Part shown: in pieces, positions 7,869 to 15,494 of the stretch
Numbering within the stretch: position 1 is the first letter of the stretch
How the letters are laid out: each line of letters starts with the position of its first letter
Source of the DNA: a virus
Virus record (IMG/VR): IMGVR_UViG_3300045996_001114
Coordinates: 1 to 44,492 of that record
Direction: 5' to 3' (one strand)
Length of the DNA stretch: 44,492 nucleotides
Position numbers and translations under genes: made by a program
Notes under the pieces: generated by a model
Database searches by the model: none
Seen by the model: the letters and a program-made list of their open reading frames with translations, nothing else
What the model was told of the DNA's origin: nothing

Positions 7869-8086
7869 ACGCAATCACCATCATCACCCCCGGCGACACC
7901 GCCGACATCCACCTCAGCGACATCATGCGCTCCGAGAAGATCGTCGGCATCCATTGGGACCCGCTGCTCGACCGCTTCACCGTGCATCTGCGCGATTACT
8001 CGTGCGGCGGGGGAGCGAGCGTCGGTGAGGCGCTGGACAAGGCCAAGCTGCCGGGTGCGGAGAACGTGCGGAGGATTGCGGCATGA
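7865..8086 (+). CDS. hypothetical protein
   Basis: 73 aa with ATGA coupling. Confidence 0.55.
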   Translation: MNAITIITPGDTADIHLSDIMRSEKIVGIHWDPLLDRFTVHLRDYSCGGGASVGEALDKAKLPGAENVRRIAA

Positions 8087-8403
8087 GCGAGATAGCGGCC
8101 ACGAATATGCCTTGGGATTGGGAGGGCACTCCGCAATTCGAGGGCGGCGCCTTCCACTGCTACATCATCGACTGCACCGGGCGGAAGATCGGCACAGTGT
8201 GGGGTCCGAGCCAAGAGAAGATCGAGCGCGCACGGCTCTGGTCTGCTGCTCCCATGCTTCTCGAAGGCGCTAGCGACGCCGTAGAGGCGCTCAAGCTGCT
8301 CCGAGAAGGCATGGCCGGTGAGCCTAAGGCCCTCGAAATGATTGAAGCCCACATCGACGAACTCGAATATGCGATTGCCAAGGCGACAGGCGGTGGCGAA
8401 TGA
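8083..8403 (+). CDS. hypothetical protein, paralog family member 3 (ERARLWSAAPMLLEG)
   Basis: 106 aa with ATGA coupling on both sides. Confidence 0.6.
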   Translation: MSEIAATNMPWDWEGTPQFEGGAFHCYIIDCTGRKIGTVWGPSQEKIERARLWSAAPMLLEGASDAVEALKLLREGMAGEPKALEMIEAHIDELEYAIAKATGGGE

Positions 8404-8897
8404 ACGCCCACTTCGACCTACGCCGCATAGCGCAGACAGCCGCCGAGCTCGACGAGCTTCTCGGAGGCGATGACGAGCGCCTGTTTCACGATATGCTGCT
8501 CGGGTGCAGCGACATCGACCATGTCGTGCTGCGCATCCACGAGCAGATTGCCCGCGATCAGGAAATGCTCGCCGGGATCGCCGAACGCAAGGCAGCGATC
8601 AACGAGCGCCAGGAGCGTATCAAGCGCCGTGCGGAGGCTGGCAAAGCCCTTATCGGCAAGGTGCTGCGTGCCGGCCACCTGACCAAGCTCGAGCTGCCTG
8701 AAGTCACGTATTCCGTTCGTGACGGAAAGCCCTCGCTCAAAGTGGTCGACCCCGAGGCGGTCCCCGAACCCTTCCAGCGGGTTAAGGCCGAACCCGACAA
8801 GACGAAGATCAACGAACACTACGCCGAGGCGAGCGACCTGCCGAACTGGTTGGTTCGGACCCCGCCCGAGGACGTGGTGAGCGCCCGAACCAAGTGA
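8400..8897 (+). CDS. Gp157-family protein (recombination-associated / nuclease-inhibitor-like)
   Basis: 165 aa. The coiled-coil N-terminal half plus ELPEVTYSVRDGKPSLKVVDPEAVPEPF...KAEPDKTKI resembles the siphovirus Gp157 family. Lies directly upstream of the SSB-like gene. Confidence 0.55.
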   Translation: MNAHFDLRRIAQTAAELDELLGGDDERLFHDMLLGCSDIDHVVLRIHEQIARDQEMLAGIAERKAAINERQERIKRRAEAGKALIGKVLRAGHLTKLELPEVTYSVRDGKPSLKVVDPEAVPEPFQRVKAEPDKTKINEHYAEASDLPNWLVRTPPEDVVSARTK

Positions 8898-8918
8898 AGC
8901 GAAGAAAGGAAACGAACG

Positions 8919-9554
8919 ATGGCAATTATTGCGACTGACAGCGGTGGTGGCGGCGATTTCACGCCCGTTCCCGCCGGAACCCATTTCGCGGTGTGCTGCA
9001 TGGTGGCCGATCTCGGCAAGCAGCGCATCGTCTCGCAGATGTTCGGCGAGAGCATCAAGCACCAGGTCTATATCCGCTGGCAGATCCCGGCGGAGCGGGT
9101 CGAGTGGGAGAAGGACGGCGAGAAGCACGAAGGCCCTGCCGTGATCGGCAAGACCTACACGCTTTCCCTCGGCGACAAGGCCAATCTCCGCAAGGACCTG
9201 CAGGCGTGGCGCGGCAAGCAGTTCACGCCCGAGGAGCTGCGCGGCTTCGACATCTCGAAGCTGCTCGGCGTGCCGGCGACCCTGACCGTGACCCACACGG
9301 ACAAGGACGGCAAGACCTACGCGAACGTCGCCAGCCTCGGGGGCATTCCCAAGGGCTTCGACAAGCCTGCGCTGGAAGGTCAGGCCGTCCTCTACGACAG
9401 CGACAATACCGGCGCCTTCGACAGCCTGCCCAAGTGGCTGCAGGAGAAGGTCCAGGGACAGATCGCCGAGCAACAGCAGGGCCACGCCGAACAGTACGGC
9501 GATCCGGGGCCGGGTCCCGAGTACGCCGACCTCGACGACGAAATTCCGTTTTGA
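8919..9554 (+). CDS. DUF669-type single-stranded DNA-binding protein
   Basis: 211 aa. The acidic C-terminal tail ADLDDEIPF is the SSB-type partner-binding tip. The N-terminal FTPVPAGTHFAVC motif is typical of DUF669 phage proteins. Confidence 0.6.
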   Translation: MAIIATDSGGGGDFTPVPAGTHFAVCCMVADLGKQRIVSQMFGESIKHQVYIRWQIPAERVEWEKDGEKHEGPAVIGKTYTLSLGDKANLRKDLQAWRGKQFTPEELRGFDISKLLGVPATLTVTHTDKDGKTYANVASLGGIPKGFDKPALEGQAVLYDSDNTGAFDSLPKWLQEKVQGQIAEQQQGHAEQYGDPGPGPEYADLDDEIPF

Positions 9555-9569
9555 GCCATCCACCAGGGA

Positions 9570-9600
9570 CCCCGGCGGGCCAATAACCTGCCGGGGGAGT
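9570..9600 (+). terminator. hairpin CCCCGGC-N13-GCCGGGG with weak T tract
   Basis: 7-bp perfect stem (9570-9576 / 9590-9596) followed by GAGTTTC. The T tract is poor. Confidence 0.25.
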
Positions 9601-9607
9601 TTCAACA

Positions 9608-9946
9608 GTGCTCCGTGCCGATCCTCGACCCAACAAGCGTAACGCCCCGCGTCCGGCGTGGAAGGTGCAGCGCGCCTTCGGCCAATGGATACGCGGTAGG
9701 CGCTGTGCCTTCGAGGCTCGCGGCGGCTGCTCGGGGCCAATCGAGGCCGCGCATACGCCAGACCCTGCGTCCAAGGCGATGGGCAGCAAGGCAGCGGACC
9801 ACAACATGATCCCGGCCTGCCATGCCCACCACGTGCTGCAGACGGTCAAGGGCTGGTCTGCGGTCGGGCTGACCCGGGAAAGCGCTCAGACGCTCGCTGC
9901 GGACTACTGGCGGCTGTTCCCCGGCGACAAGGGAGATTTGGCATGA
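9608..9946 (+). CDS. YbcO/DUF1364-like putative Zn-dependent nuclease
   Basis: The C-x7-C-x-G-x3-E-AAH ... K-x2-D-x6-C-x2-HH pattern resembles the lambdoid YbcO family. Confidence 0.45.
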   Translation: MLRADPRPNKRNAPRPAWKVQRAFGQWIRGRRCAFEARGGCSGPIEAAHTPDPASKAMGSKAADHNMIPACHAHHVLQTVKGWSAVGLTRESAQTLAADYWRLFPGDKGDLA

Positions 9947-10272
9947 TGGACGACATCGACCGCGCCGTTGACGATGCCGAGCGGCTGTTCGTCGCCGCCG
10001 GACAGGCCCGGGTCAAGGCAGAGGCGATGGATCTGCGCCGCAAGCGCGTCCGCGCGACCCTGTTCGTCAAATACAAGGGCGACGGGAACGCAGCCGGTGC
10101 CAGCGAGCAGATGGCCGAGGCCGATCCCGTTTACGAGCTGGCGTGCGCCGATTGGGAAGCCGCCGCGATGGAATCTGAAACCCTGCGCGCACAGGCCGAG
10201 GCCAAGCGGCTGCGGTTCGAAGCCTGGCGCACTCGTCAATCCACCGAGCGCGCGAAGATGCAGCTCCGGTGA
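9943..10272 (+). CDS. hypothetical coiled-coil protein
   Basis: 109 aa with ATGA coupling. Confidence 0.55.
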   Translation: MMDDIDRAVDDAERLFVAAGQARVKAEAMDLRRKRVRATLFVKYKGDGNAAGASEQMAEADPVYELACADWEAAAMESETLRAQAEAKRLRFEAWRTRQSTERAKMQLR

Positions 10273-10291
10273 AGCCGCTTAACGGGAGGAA

Positions 10292-10549
10292 GTGATGGTT
10301 AGACTTTGGGCCTGCGGTCACGAGCGGACGGAAGCTAATACCAAGCCGGTGGGCTCGGGTCGGTCTGCATGTCGCCAATGCTTCCGACGCCTTGACCGCG
10401 ACTACCGGCGGGCGCGGCGGCAACGGGAGCGCACCGCCCGCGATAGCGATGCGATGCTCGGCACGAAGCCCGAAGGGCTGAACCCCGAAGGGGTCGCAGC
10501 GCGGGCCGAAGGCATCGCCCACCTTCATTCCACATCGGAGGACTCCTGA
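10292..10549 (+). CDS. hypothetical basic protein with C-x-H ... C-x2-C
   Basis: Strong RBS GGGAGGAAG upstream of the ATG. 85 aa. Confidence 0.5.
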   Translation: MMVRLWACGHERTEANTKPVGSGRSACRQCFRRLDRDYRRARRQRERTARDSDAMLGTKPEGLNPEGVAARAEGIAHLHSTSEDS

Positions 10550-10773
10550 TGCAACCCAACCTTCGCCTTGCCTTCGACGCCAGCGATCTACCGCCGGCAG
10601 AAGCAGTGCAGGCCGAACCGCGTGAACCCTACGTCCCGCAGTGGATGCTCGACGAAGGCCATGCGGCCTTCCGGGATCGCCGGGCAGCTCGCAACGTCAG
10701 GATACTCTCTCGCCTTGCAGTAGTGCTGGTGGTGGCAGGGGTGTTCGCTGTGTTGAGGGGGGTGGTGTCGTGA
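10549..10773 (+). CDS. hypothetical protein with C-terminal TM helix
   Basis: TGATG coupling. The C-terminus reads ILSRLAVVLVVAGVFAVL. Confidence 0.5.
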   Translation: MQPNLRLAFDASDLPPAEAVQAEPREPYVPQWMLDEGHAAFRDRRAARNVRILSRLAVVLVVAGVFAVLRGVVS

Positions 10774-10867
10774 AGGGCGGGCGACCCCTTCGGGCCGGGC
10801 TGCTAGCCTACGGCCTCAGCCCGCTACGCGGTCTTCGCGGAGTAGCATCCCTGTCGCGGGGGAGGCA

Positions 10868-11212
10868 GTGATGGCAAATCCCGACCCCGAAATCATTGCG
10901 AAGGAACTGACAGAAGGCCAGCGCTATGCTGTGATCGCCTACATGCCCGAGAGGGGTCGTTGGCGGCGATGCGGGCTTGTCTTCTGGGCGTTAGAACAAC
11001 TTGGCCTCGTTCGCAGGCGCAAGAACCCGGGCGGCTCGGTATCGTGCAGGGCAACCCCGCTTGGCTTGGCCGTGCGCGCAGTTCTTCTCGCGCAAGCGGG
11101 CGTGACCCGAACGGGCGGAGACGGCGAAGCTGGCTCCGTCGCCGAAGGCGATAGCACGCGGTCCGAAGGATGCGCCCCTACTCCCTCACCAAAGGATTCC
11201 CCCCATGACTAA
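10868..11212 (+). CDS. hypothetical protein
   Basis: 114 aa with GGGGGAGG upstream. Confidence 0.5.
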   Translation: MMANPDPEIIAKELTEGQRYAVIAYMPERGRWRRCGLVFWALEQLGLVRRRKNPGGSVSCRATPLGLAVRAVLLAQAGVTRTGGDGEAGSVAEGDSTRSEGCAPTPSPKDSPHD

Positions 11213-12179
11213 CGCAACCCGGCCCACGGACGATGAAGTGCGGGAGGCGCAAAATCGCCGCCGTGAAGCCCTGATCGAACGCATCGGGACGTTTGCCGAC
11301 TTGCTGTGCTCGGAGCCGTTGCCTGGTCCTTCCGGCGATGTCGCTTACGACCTGCTCCGGCAGGCGGCTGCGCAGATTTCAAGTGACCGCCACCGCCTTT
11401 CCCGCCCCGCCCCCGCCAAGCCCATCGCTGCCGAGCCGGGCGAGGTGGAGCGGGTTATGTACGTGCAGGCGTGCGGCGAAACTGTCGACGCAATGCGCGA
11501 GGCCCTTTTGTCCGACGAAACTGGGCGCAAGATTTACAATCGCGGCGACACCGTCCTCGTCTGGATCAACGAGGCTGACTTGCCGTTTCTCTGCACGAGT
11601 TTCGCCACCCTCACCGCTGCCGAACCACGCGCGGCGGGGGAGGGGGCGTTGGCGGATGAGCTAGAGCACCCCGACACGCTTGAATTTCTGGTGCAGTATG
11701 GCGGGCGCTGCCGTGATTGCGCTGACGTTGGTCCGGTTTGCGAAAGCACCGGGATCGGCTGCGGCGAGCGGCGCAAGGCGATGAAGTTCGCACTCGATGC
11801 ACTCGCCTACGGCGTCAGGAACGGCTTTGTGCTCCAAGCCGCCCTCCGCCACCGCTTCGCATCGCCACAGACCGCGGGCGAGGTGGGTGAGCTGGTCGAG
11901 GTGGGCGAGAGGTTGGGACAGGAGCTTGCGGCAACGTATGCCGACCGCGGGCGCCTCACAGACCGCGTTCTCTCCCTTACCGCCGAGCGTGATGCAGCAC
12001 TAGAGAGGTGCGAGGAAGCGGTGCGGGCCGAGCGCGAGGAATGCGCGAAGGTGGCTGATGTGAAGGCCGCCATCGCCCGCGAAATCGTCCCGCACGACCT
12101 ACAGCAAGCGAACATGGCTACGTTCATCGCATCCGCAATCCGTGCCCGCGCAGCCCTCGGTAGTGGGGGTGGCGGGTGA
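11205..12179 (+). CDS. hypothetical protein (324 aa)
   Basis: Long ORF with ordinary composition, a Cys cluster RCRDCADVGPVCESTGIGCG and a C-terminal coiled coil. Confidence 0.6.
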   Translation: MTNATRPTDDEVREAQNRRREALIERIGTFADLLCSEPLPGPSGDVAYDLLRQAAAQISSDRHRLSRPAPAKPIAAEPGEVERVMYVQACGETVDAMREALLSDETGRKIYNRGDTVLVWINEADLPFLCTSFATLTAAEPRAAGEGALADELEHPDTLEFLVQYGGRCRDCADVGPVCESTGIGCGERRKAMKFALDALAYGVRNGFVLQAALRHRFASPQTAGEVGELVEVGERLGQELAATYADRGRLTDRVLSLTAERDAALERCEEAVRAEREECAKVADVKAAIAREIVPHDLQQANMATFIASAIRARAALGSGGGG

Positions 12180-12496
12180 CTGTCCAACGACCATACTCGC
12201 CAGAGACGCTTGCCGACCGTTGGGGTTGCTCGGCGGAGAAGGTGCGCCTTATGTACCGCCACGGGGAACTGTCCGGCTTTAGGCTCGGCAAGTTGATTCG
12301 CATCCCGGCGGCCGAGGTCGAACGCTACGAGTGTCAGAATACACCCTCACCTGGCACCGAGGGAACTACGCCCTCACCTTCCGCGACGGGGATCGACGGC
12401 TACGAATCACGACTGGTACGCCAGACCGCGGGCTTGCCGAATCTCGCGCCCGTGAACTCTGGGCTCGGCGCAATGCGGCGCCAAGCGAGCGAGTAG
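12176..12496 (+). CDS. xis: excisionase-family HTH DNA-binding protein
   Basis: SPETLADRWGCSAEKVRLMYRHGELSGFRLGKLIRIPAAEVERYE is the excisionase/MerR-type HTH. GTGA coupling upstream. The 3' 166 nt overlap the integrase frame. Confidence 0.6.
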   Translation: MTVQRPYSPETLADRWGCSAEKVRLMYRHGELSGFRLGKLIRIPAAEVERYECQNTPSPGTEGTTPSPSATGIDGYESRLVRQTAGLPNLAPVNSGLGAMRRQASE

Positions 12497-13299
12497 CCGA
12501 CCTATGGCCCCTCTACGTCAAGGATCGGATACGGGACGGCGCAAGGGCCGACAGGTTCAAGGCCCATTGGACGGCGCTCGAGCCGCACTTCGGTTCACGC
12601 TTGGGGCGGTCGATCAACAAGGACGACTGCCGGGCCTATTACGAGAGCCGGCGAGAGCAGGAATACGCTCGCAGCACGATCAAGACAGACCTGGAGCTAT
12701 TGCGCGCGTGCCTCCGCTGGCGATACGGCGACCAAGCGCCGCCGCTCTGGGTAGGCCCCGCCTCCCCTGCCCGCGACAACTGGCTGACCAAGGAGCAGGC
12801 GCGGCAGATCGTGGATATGGCCGACACGCCGCACATCAAGCTTTTCGTGACGCTCGGGCTGGCGACGGGCGCGCGTGCCGGCGCGATCCTCGACCTGACA
12901 TGGGATCGGGTCGACTTCGCCCACGGAACGATCGACTTCCGACCAGCAGGGCGTTTGCAGACGAACAAGCGCCGCACGGTCGTCCCGATGAACGCCACAG
13001 CGCGGCAGGCGCTCGAAACAGCCTTTGCAGGGCGTTTGAGCGATCATGTCATCGAGTATGGGGGGAAGCCCGTCCAGTCGGTCAAGAAGGCAATCCAGCG
13101 GCTCGCCGAGCGCGCGGGGATCAAGTTCTCGCCGCACACCCTGCGCCATACGTGCGCGGTCTGGATGGCTCAGGCAGACGTGCCGATGCAGAAGATTTCG
13201 CAATACCTGGGGCACACATCGCTGCGAATGACCGAGCAGGTTTATGCGCGGTACTCGCCCTCGTTTATGAGGGACGCGAGCGGTGCAGCGGAGTTTTGA
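12331..13299 (+). CDS. int: tyrosine integrase
   Basis: ATGARAGAILDLTWDRVDF (Arg box), HTLRHTCAVWMAQ (HxxR) and LGHTSLRMTEQVYARY (catalytic Tyr). GTG start. Confidence 0.9.
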   Translation: MSEYTLTWHRGNYALTFRDGDRRLRITTGTPDRGLAESRARELWARRNAAPSERVADLWPLYVKDRIRDGARADRFKAHWTALEPHFGSRLGRSINKDDCRAYYESRREQEYARSTIKTDLELLRACLRWRYGDQAPPLWVGPASPARDNWLTKEQARQIVDMADTPHIKLFVTLGLATGARAGAILDLTWDRVDFAHGTIDFRPAGRLQTNKRRTVVPMNATARQALETAFAGRLSDHVIEYGGKPVQSVKKAIQRLAERAGIKFSPHTLRHTCAVWMAQADVPMQKISQYLGHTSLRMTEQVYARYSPSFMRDASGAAEF

Positions 13300-13308
13300 G
13301 GCACATTG

Positions 13309-13334
13309 GTACACATGGGGTCTGGCCGTACACA
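13309..13334 (+). repeat. integrase arm-type repeat candidates (GTACACA x2)
   Basis: GTACACA at 13309-13315 and 13328-13334, in the same orientation as the pair at 13498-13512 on the other side of the core. Confidence 0.4.
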
Positions 13335-13355
13335 GCCCTAACCTATTGGAAAATA

Positions 13356-13400
13356 TGGTGGGCGGTGACGGGCTCGAACCGCCGACCCTCTCGGTGTAAA
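13356..13400 (-). other. attP core: 3' 45 nt of a tRNA-Val(UAC)-like gene
   Basis: The minus strand reads TTTACAC CGAGA GGGTC GGCGG TTCGAGC CCGTC ACCGCCC A CCA. That is anticodon loop, 3' anticodon stem, variable loop, T arm, acceptor 3' strand and CCA. The sequence 5' of the loop does not fold as a tRNA. Lies directly downstream of int. Confidence 0.6.
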
Positions 13401-13497
13401 CAGAGGGTGCCCACGGCAAACTGCGGCACACAGGCCCGCTGTCGCTGGCATTTCCCCAATATGTGCCGGTTTCGTTTCGTTTCCGTTCGGCGTTGTG

Positions 13498-13512
13498 GTA
13501 CACAGGTACACA
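13498..13512 (+). repeat. integrase arm-type repeat candidates (GTACACA x2, adjacent)
   Basis: GTACACAGGTACACA. An adjacent GTTTC x3 tract lies at about 13468-13485. Confidence 0.4.
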
Positions 13513-13573
13513 TCGGGCCGGCGGGAGATTGCAGCTCCACACCGGCCCTGACCACAACGCGAGGTGACGCGCC

Positions 13574-14176
13574 GTGAGTGATACCCAAGATAAGCCGTTG
13601 GGCGCTGAAGCCTACCCCCTTCATTGGCCGGCGGGTCAGCCGCGCACCAAGCGCCCGGAAACGAGCCGCTTCGATGTGTCGTTAGCGCGAGCCCGCGACG
13701 CATTGATGGAAGAGCTTCGATTGATGGGCGCGCGCTACCCCGTGCTGTCCACCAACATCGAGCTACGCCGCGATGGGCTTCCCTATGCCAACACGCGCGA
13801 GCCGGAGGATAAGGGTGTCGCTGTGTATTTCCAGTGGAAGGGGAAGCAGATGACGTTCGCCTGCGACCGATGGGATCGGGTGCGCGACAACGTTCGAGCG
13901 ATCGGCAAAACCATAGAGGCGATCCGCGGCATTTCGCGTTGGGGTGCGTCCGACATGATGGAACGCGCGTTCTCGGCCTTCGAGGCTTTGCCCCCGCCCG
14001 GCGGCACCGTCACAGTGTCCTGCTGGGATGTGCTAGGGCTCCAGCCCAACGCGAGCCGCAGCGACGTGACGGCTGCCTACCGCCGGCAAGCGCGCGCCGC
14101 CCATCCCGACCAAGGCGGAACCCGGGAAGAATGGGACCGGCTACAGGCTGCTTACGAACAGGCGCTGGCAGCATGA
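13574..14176 (+). CDS. J-domain-containing protein
   Basis: The C-terminus CWDVLGLQPNASRSDVTAAYRRQARAAHPDQGGTREEWDRLQAAYEQA carries the HPD tripeptide of DnaJ-type J domains. The N-terminal ~130 aa are unassigned. Confidence 0.7.
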   Translation: MSDTQDKPLGAEAYPLHWPAGQPRTKRPETSRFDVSLARARDALMEELRLMGARYPVLSTNIELRRDGLPYANTREPEDKGVAVYFQWKGKQMTFACDRWDRVRDNVRAIGKTIEAIRGISRWGASDMMERAFSAFEALPPPGGTVTVSCWDVLGLQPNASRSDVTAAYRRQARAAHPDQGGTREEWDRLQAAYEQALAA

Positions 14177-14229
14177 CCCGTTCCCCCACCCCACCGCCGA
14201 GCCTATGACCGCGGAGAAGGAGAGACACG

Positions 14230-14394
14230 ATGGATCGCCTTGCTGAGCTTAACGCATGGATCGATGAGCATCGGCAGGAAATCGCCGAATGCCCGGCGAA
14301 CCCGCGCGGTTATCGCCGAGCCGCATCGCTCCAGTGGGGCTTGGCCCGCCTGCTTGAATACCGCCAAAGCGAGTATGGAACCCCCAATGCCTGA
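14230..14394 (+). CDS. small hypothetical protein (54 aa)
   Basis: Found by hand. Strong RBS GGAGAAGGAGAG precedes the ATG at 14230. MDRLAELNAWIDEHRQEIAECPANPRGY... Confidence 0.5.
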   Translation: MDRLAELNAWIDEHRQEIAECPANPRGYRRAASLQWGLARLLEYRQSEYGTPNA

Positions 14395-14527
14395 GTCGTC
14401 GCAGATCCTCGCGTGGGTGCGCTACCTCGAGCGAACCGCGCCGCCGCAAACGAAGGGCGCTTACGGGCTTGTCGCAGACGGGATCGAGCGCGGGGAGTAT
14501 AGGAGATTTGACGATGGACGTAATTGA
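14387..14527 (+). CDS. small hypothetical protein (46 aa)
   Basis: ATG at 14387 overlaps the upstream stop (ATGCCTGA). Alternative ATG at 14375. Confidence 0.4.
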   Translation: MPESSQILAWVRYLERTAPPQTKGAYGLVADGIERGEYRRFDDGRN

Positions 14528-14777
14528 GAAGGCTGCGAGGGCGTTGGCAACTCTGGAATGCGCCACGTGGGACGCGCAGCATTTCGGCGAAACCCCTTGC
14601 GGACAAGAACCGGAGGACATGCGGCGAGGCTACCGCGACCAAGCCCGCGCCGTCCTGCTGGCGATCAGGGAGCCGAGTGAGGGGATGAAGGTCCACGGCT
14701 CCAACTACACCAGCAACGATTACGAGGACGCTGAATGCTGCTGGCAGGCCATGATCGACGCCGCCCTCACCGAGTAA
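14514..14777 (+). CDS. hypothetical protein (87 aa)
   Basis: ATG at 14514 after AGGAGA. MDVIEKAARALATLECATWDAQHFGE... Confidence 0.55.
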   Translation: MDVIEKAARALATLECATWDAQHFGETPCGQEPEDMRRGYRDQARAVLLAIREPSEGMKVHGSNYTSNDYEDAECCWQAMIDAALTE

Positions 14778-14866
14778 TGCGCCCACCGTTCGCCTACTCG
14801 CGCGGAAGCCTTGTCGGGTTCGGTATCGCTGTGGTCGCGCTGGTGGTTTGGATGGTTTTGGGGTAG
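14777..14866 (+). CDS. possible 29-aa membrane peptide
   Basis: TAATG overlap with the upstream stop. Hydrophobic core LVGFGIAVVALVVWMVLG. Confidence 0.3.
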   Translation: MRPPFAYSRGSLVGFGIAVVALVVWMVLG

Positions 14867-14869
14867 GAG

Positions 14870-15073
14870 ATGGGGATGACCGAAGAACGCGCCCTTGAAG
14901 AGCTTGAGCGTATCCGCGCGATGGCCGGAGACGATGAAGCGGCGCACGGTGCCGAGGACGAGTTCCGCGCCGCAATCCTGGCCGAAATTGCCGCCGGCGC
15001 ACCCAATGCGGCTGAGCTGGCAGCTATCGCGCTGCGAACCGACGAGATCGACTTCGCCCGCTGGTGCGCCTAA
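14870..15073 (+). CDS. hypothetical acidic protein (67 aa)
   Basis: RBS GGTAGGAG. MGMTEERALEELERIRAMAGDDEAAHG... Confidence 0.55.
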   Translation: MGMTEERALEELERIRAMAGDDEAAHGAEDEFRAAILAEIAAGAPNAAELAAIALRTDEIDFARWCA

Positions 15074-15210
15074 CTCATCGACTCCCGCATTCCGCCATGC
15101 CACACCTCCCGCATGGCGAAAGCACCTAAACCTCAGAACGCGGGCTGCATGATAGCTGCGGTGGTGATGTTCGTGGGGATATTGGGGTGGTGGTGGGGCG
15201 ATGCTGCGGC

Positions 15211-15306
15211 GGAACTCGGTGGGATTCGAACCCACGGCGATCACGGTTTTCCGGTCCCGTAAACGCTCCCCGCGCGAGGCGCCTTCGTCCACTCAGCCAC
15301 AAGACC
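15211..15306 (-). tRNA. tRNA-like element / probable degenerate class II tRNA (anticodon arm not foldable)
   Basis: Minus strand features: acceptor GGTCTTG/CGAGTTC (6 of 7 pairs), Ser-type D arm GCTGAGTGGACGAAGGC, and a canonical T arm GTGGG-TTCGAAT-CCCAC. The 45-nt middle gives no 5-bp/7-nt anticodon stem-loop. No encoded CCA. Confidence 0.35.
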
Positions 15307-15355
15307 GCCGCAGCCCACTACCCCTAGCAAAACGGGCGGATTCGTCAAGGTTAGA

Positions 15356-15363
15356 GCCCCAGA
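15356..15363 (+). repeat. target-site duplication, left copy (GCCCCAGA)
   Basis: Abuts the left terminal repeat. An identical octamer abuts the right terminal repeat at 20920-20927. Confidence 0.75.
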
Positions 15364-15383
15364 GGTAGTGTCTCAGTTTCAAA
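15364..15383 (+). repeat. left terminal inverted repeat (IRL)
   Basis: GGTAGTGTCTCAGTTTCAAA. Confidence 0.8.
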
Positions 15384-15494
15384 TTTACCCGATCCCTCTC
15401 AGAGGGCGCGCACCGCGTCCAACGCATAATCTCGATTTGACGCCAGCCGCGCGAATCACCATGTTATGCTTAGCGCAAAGCATGGAGGCGAAGC

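Noticed and set aside
10641-10871. 76-aa ORF filling the 10773-10868 gap
   Set aside because: Gly/Arg/Leu-rich, out of frame with its neighbours and without an RBS. The gap may be a short intergenic region.
13401-13437. Extending the attP tRNA segment to a full 82-nt tRNA gene
   Set aside because: The would-be acceptor 5' strand (GGGCCTG) mismatches the 3' strand at 3 of 7 positions. The D loop and anticodon loop would each be about 3 nt too long. Only the 3' 45 nt look genuinely tRNA-derived.
15093-15118. Perfect 8-bp stem CGCCATGC-N10-GCATGGCG after the 67-aa gene, as a terminator
   Set aside because: No U tract follows on either strand. It may be a structural RNA element, but there is not enough evidence to call a terminator.
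15149-15262. 37-codon ORF MIAAVVMFVGILGWWWGDAAAELGGIRTHGDHGFPVP
   Set aside because: Its 3' half is simply the antisense of the tRNA-like T arm and acceptor, and there is no RBS. It cannot be distinguished from chance.
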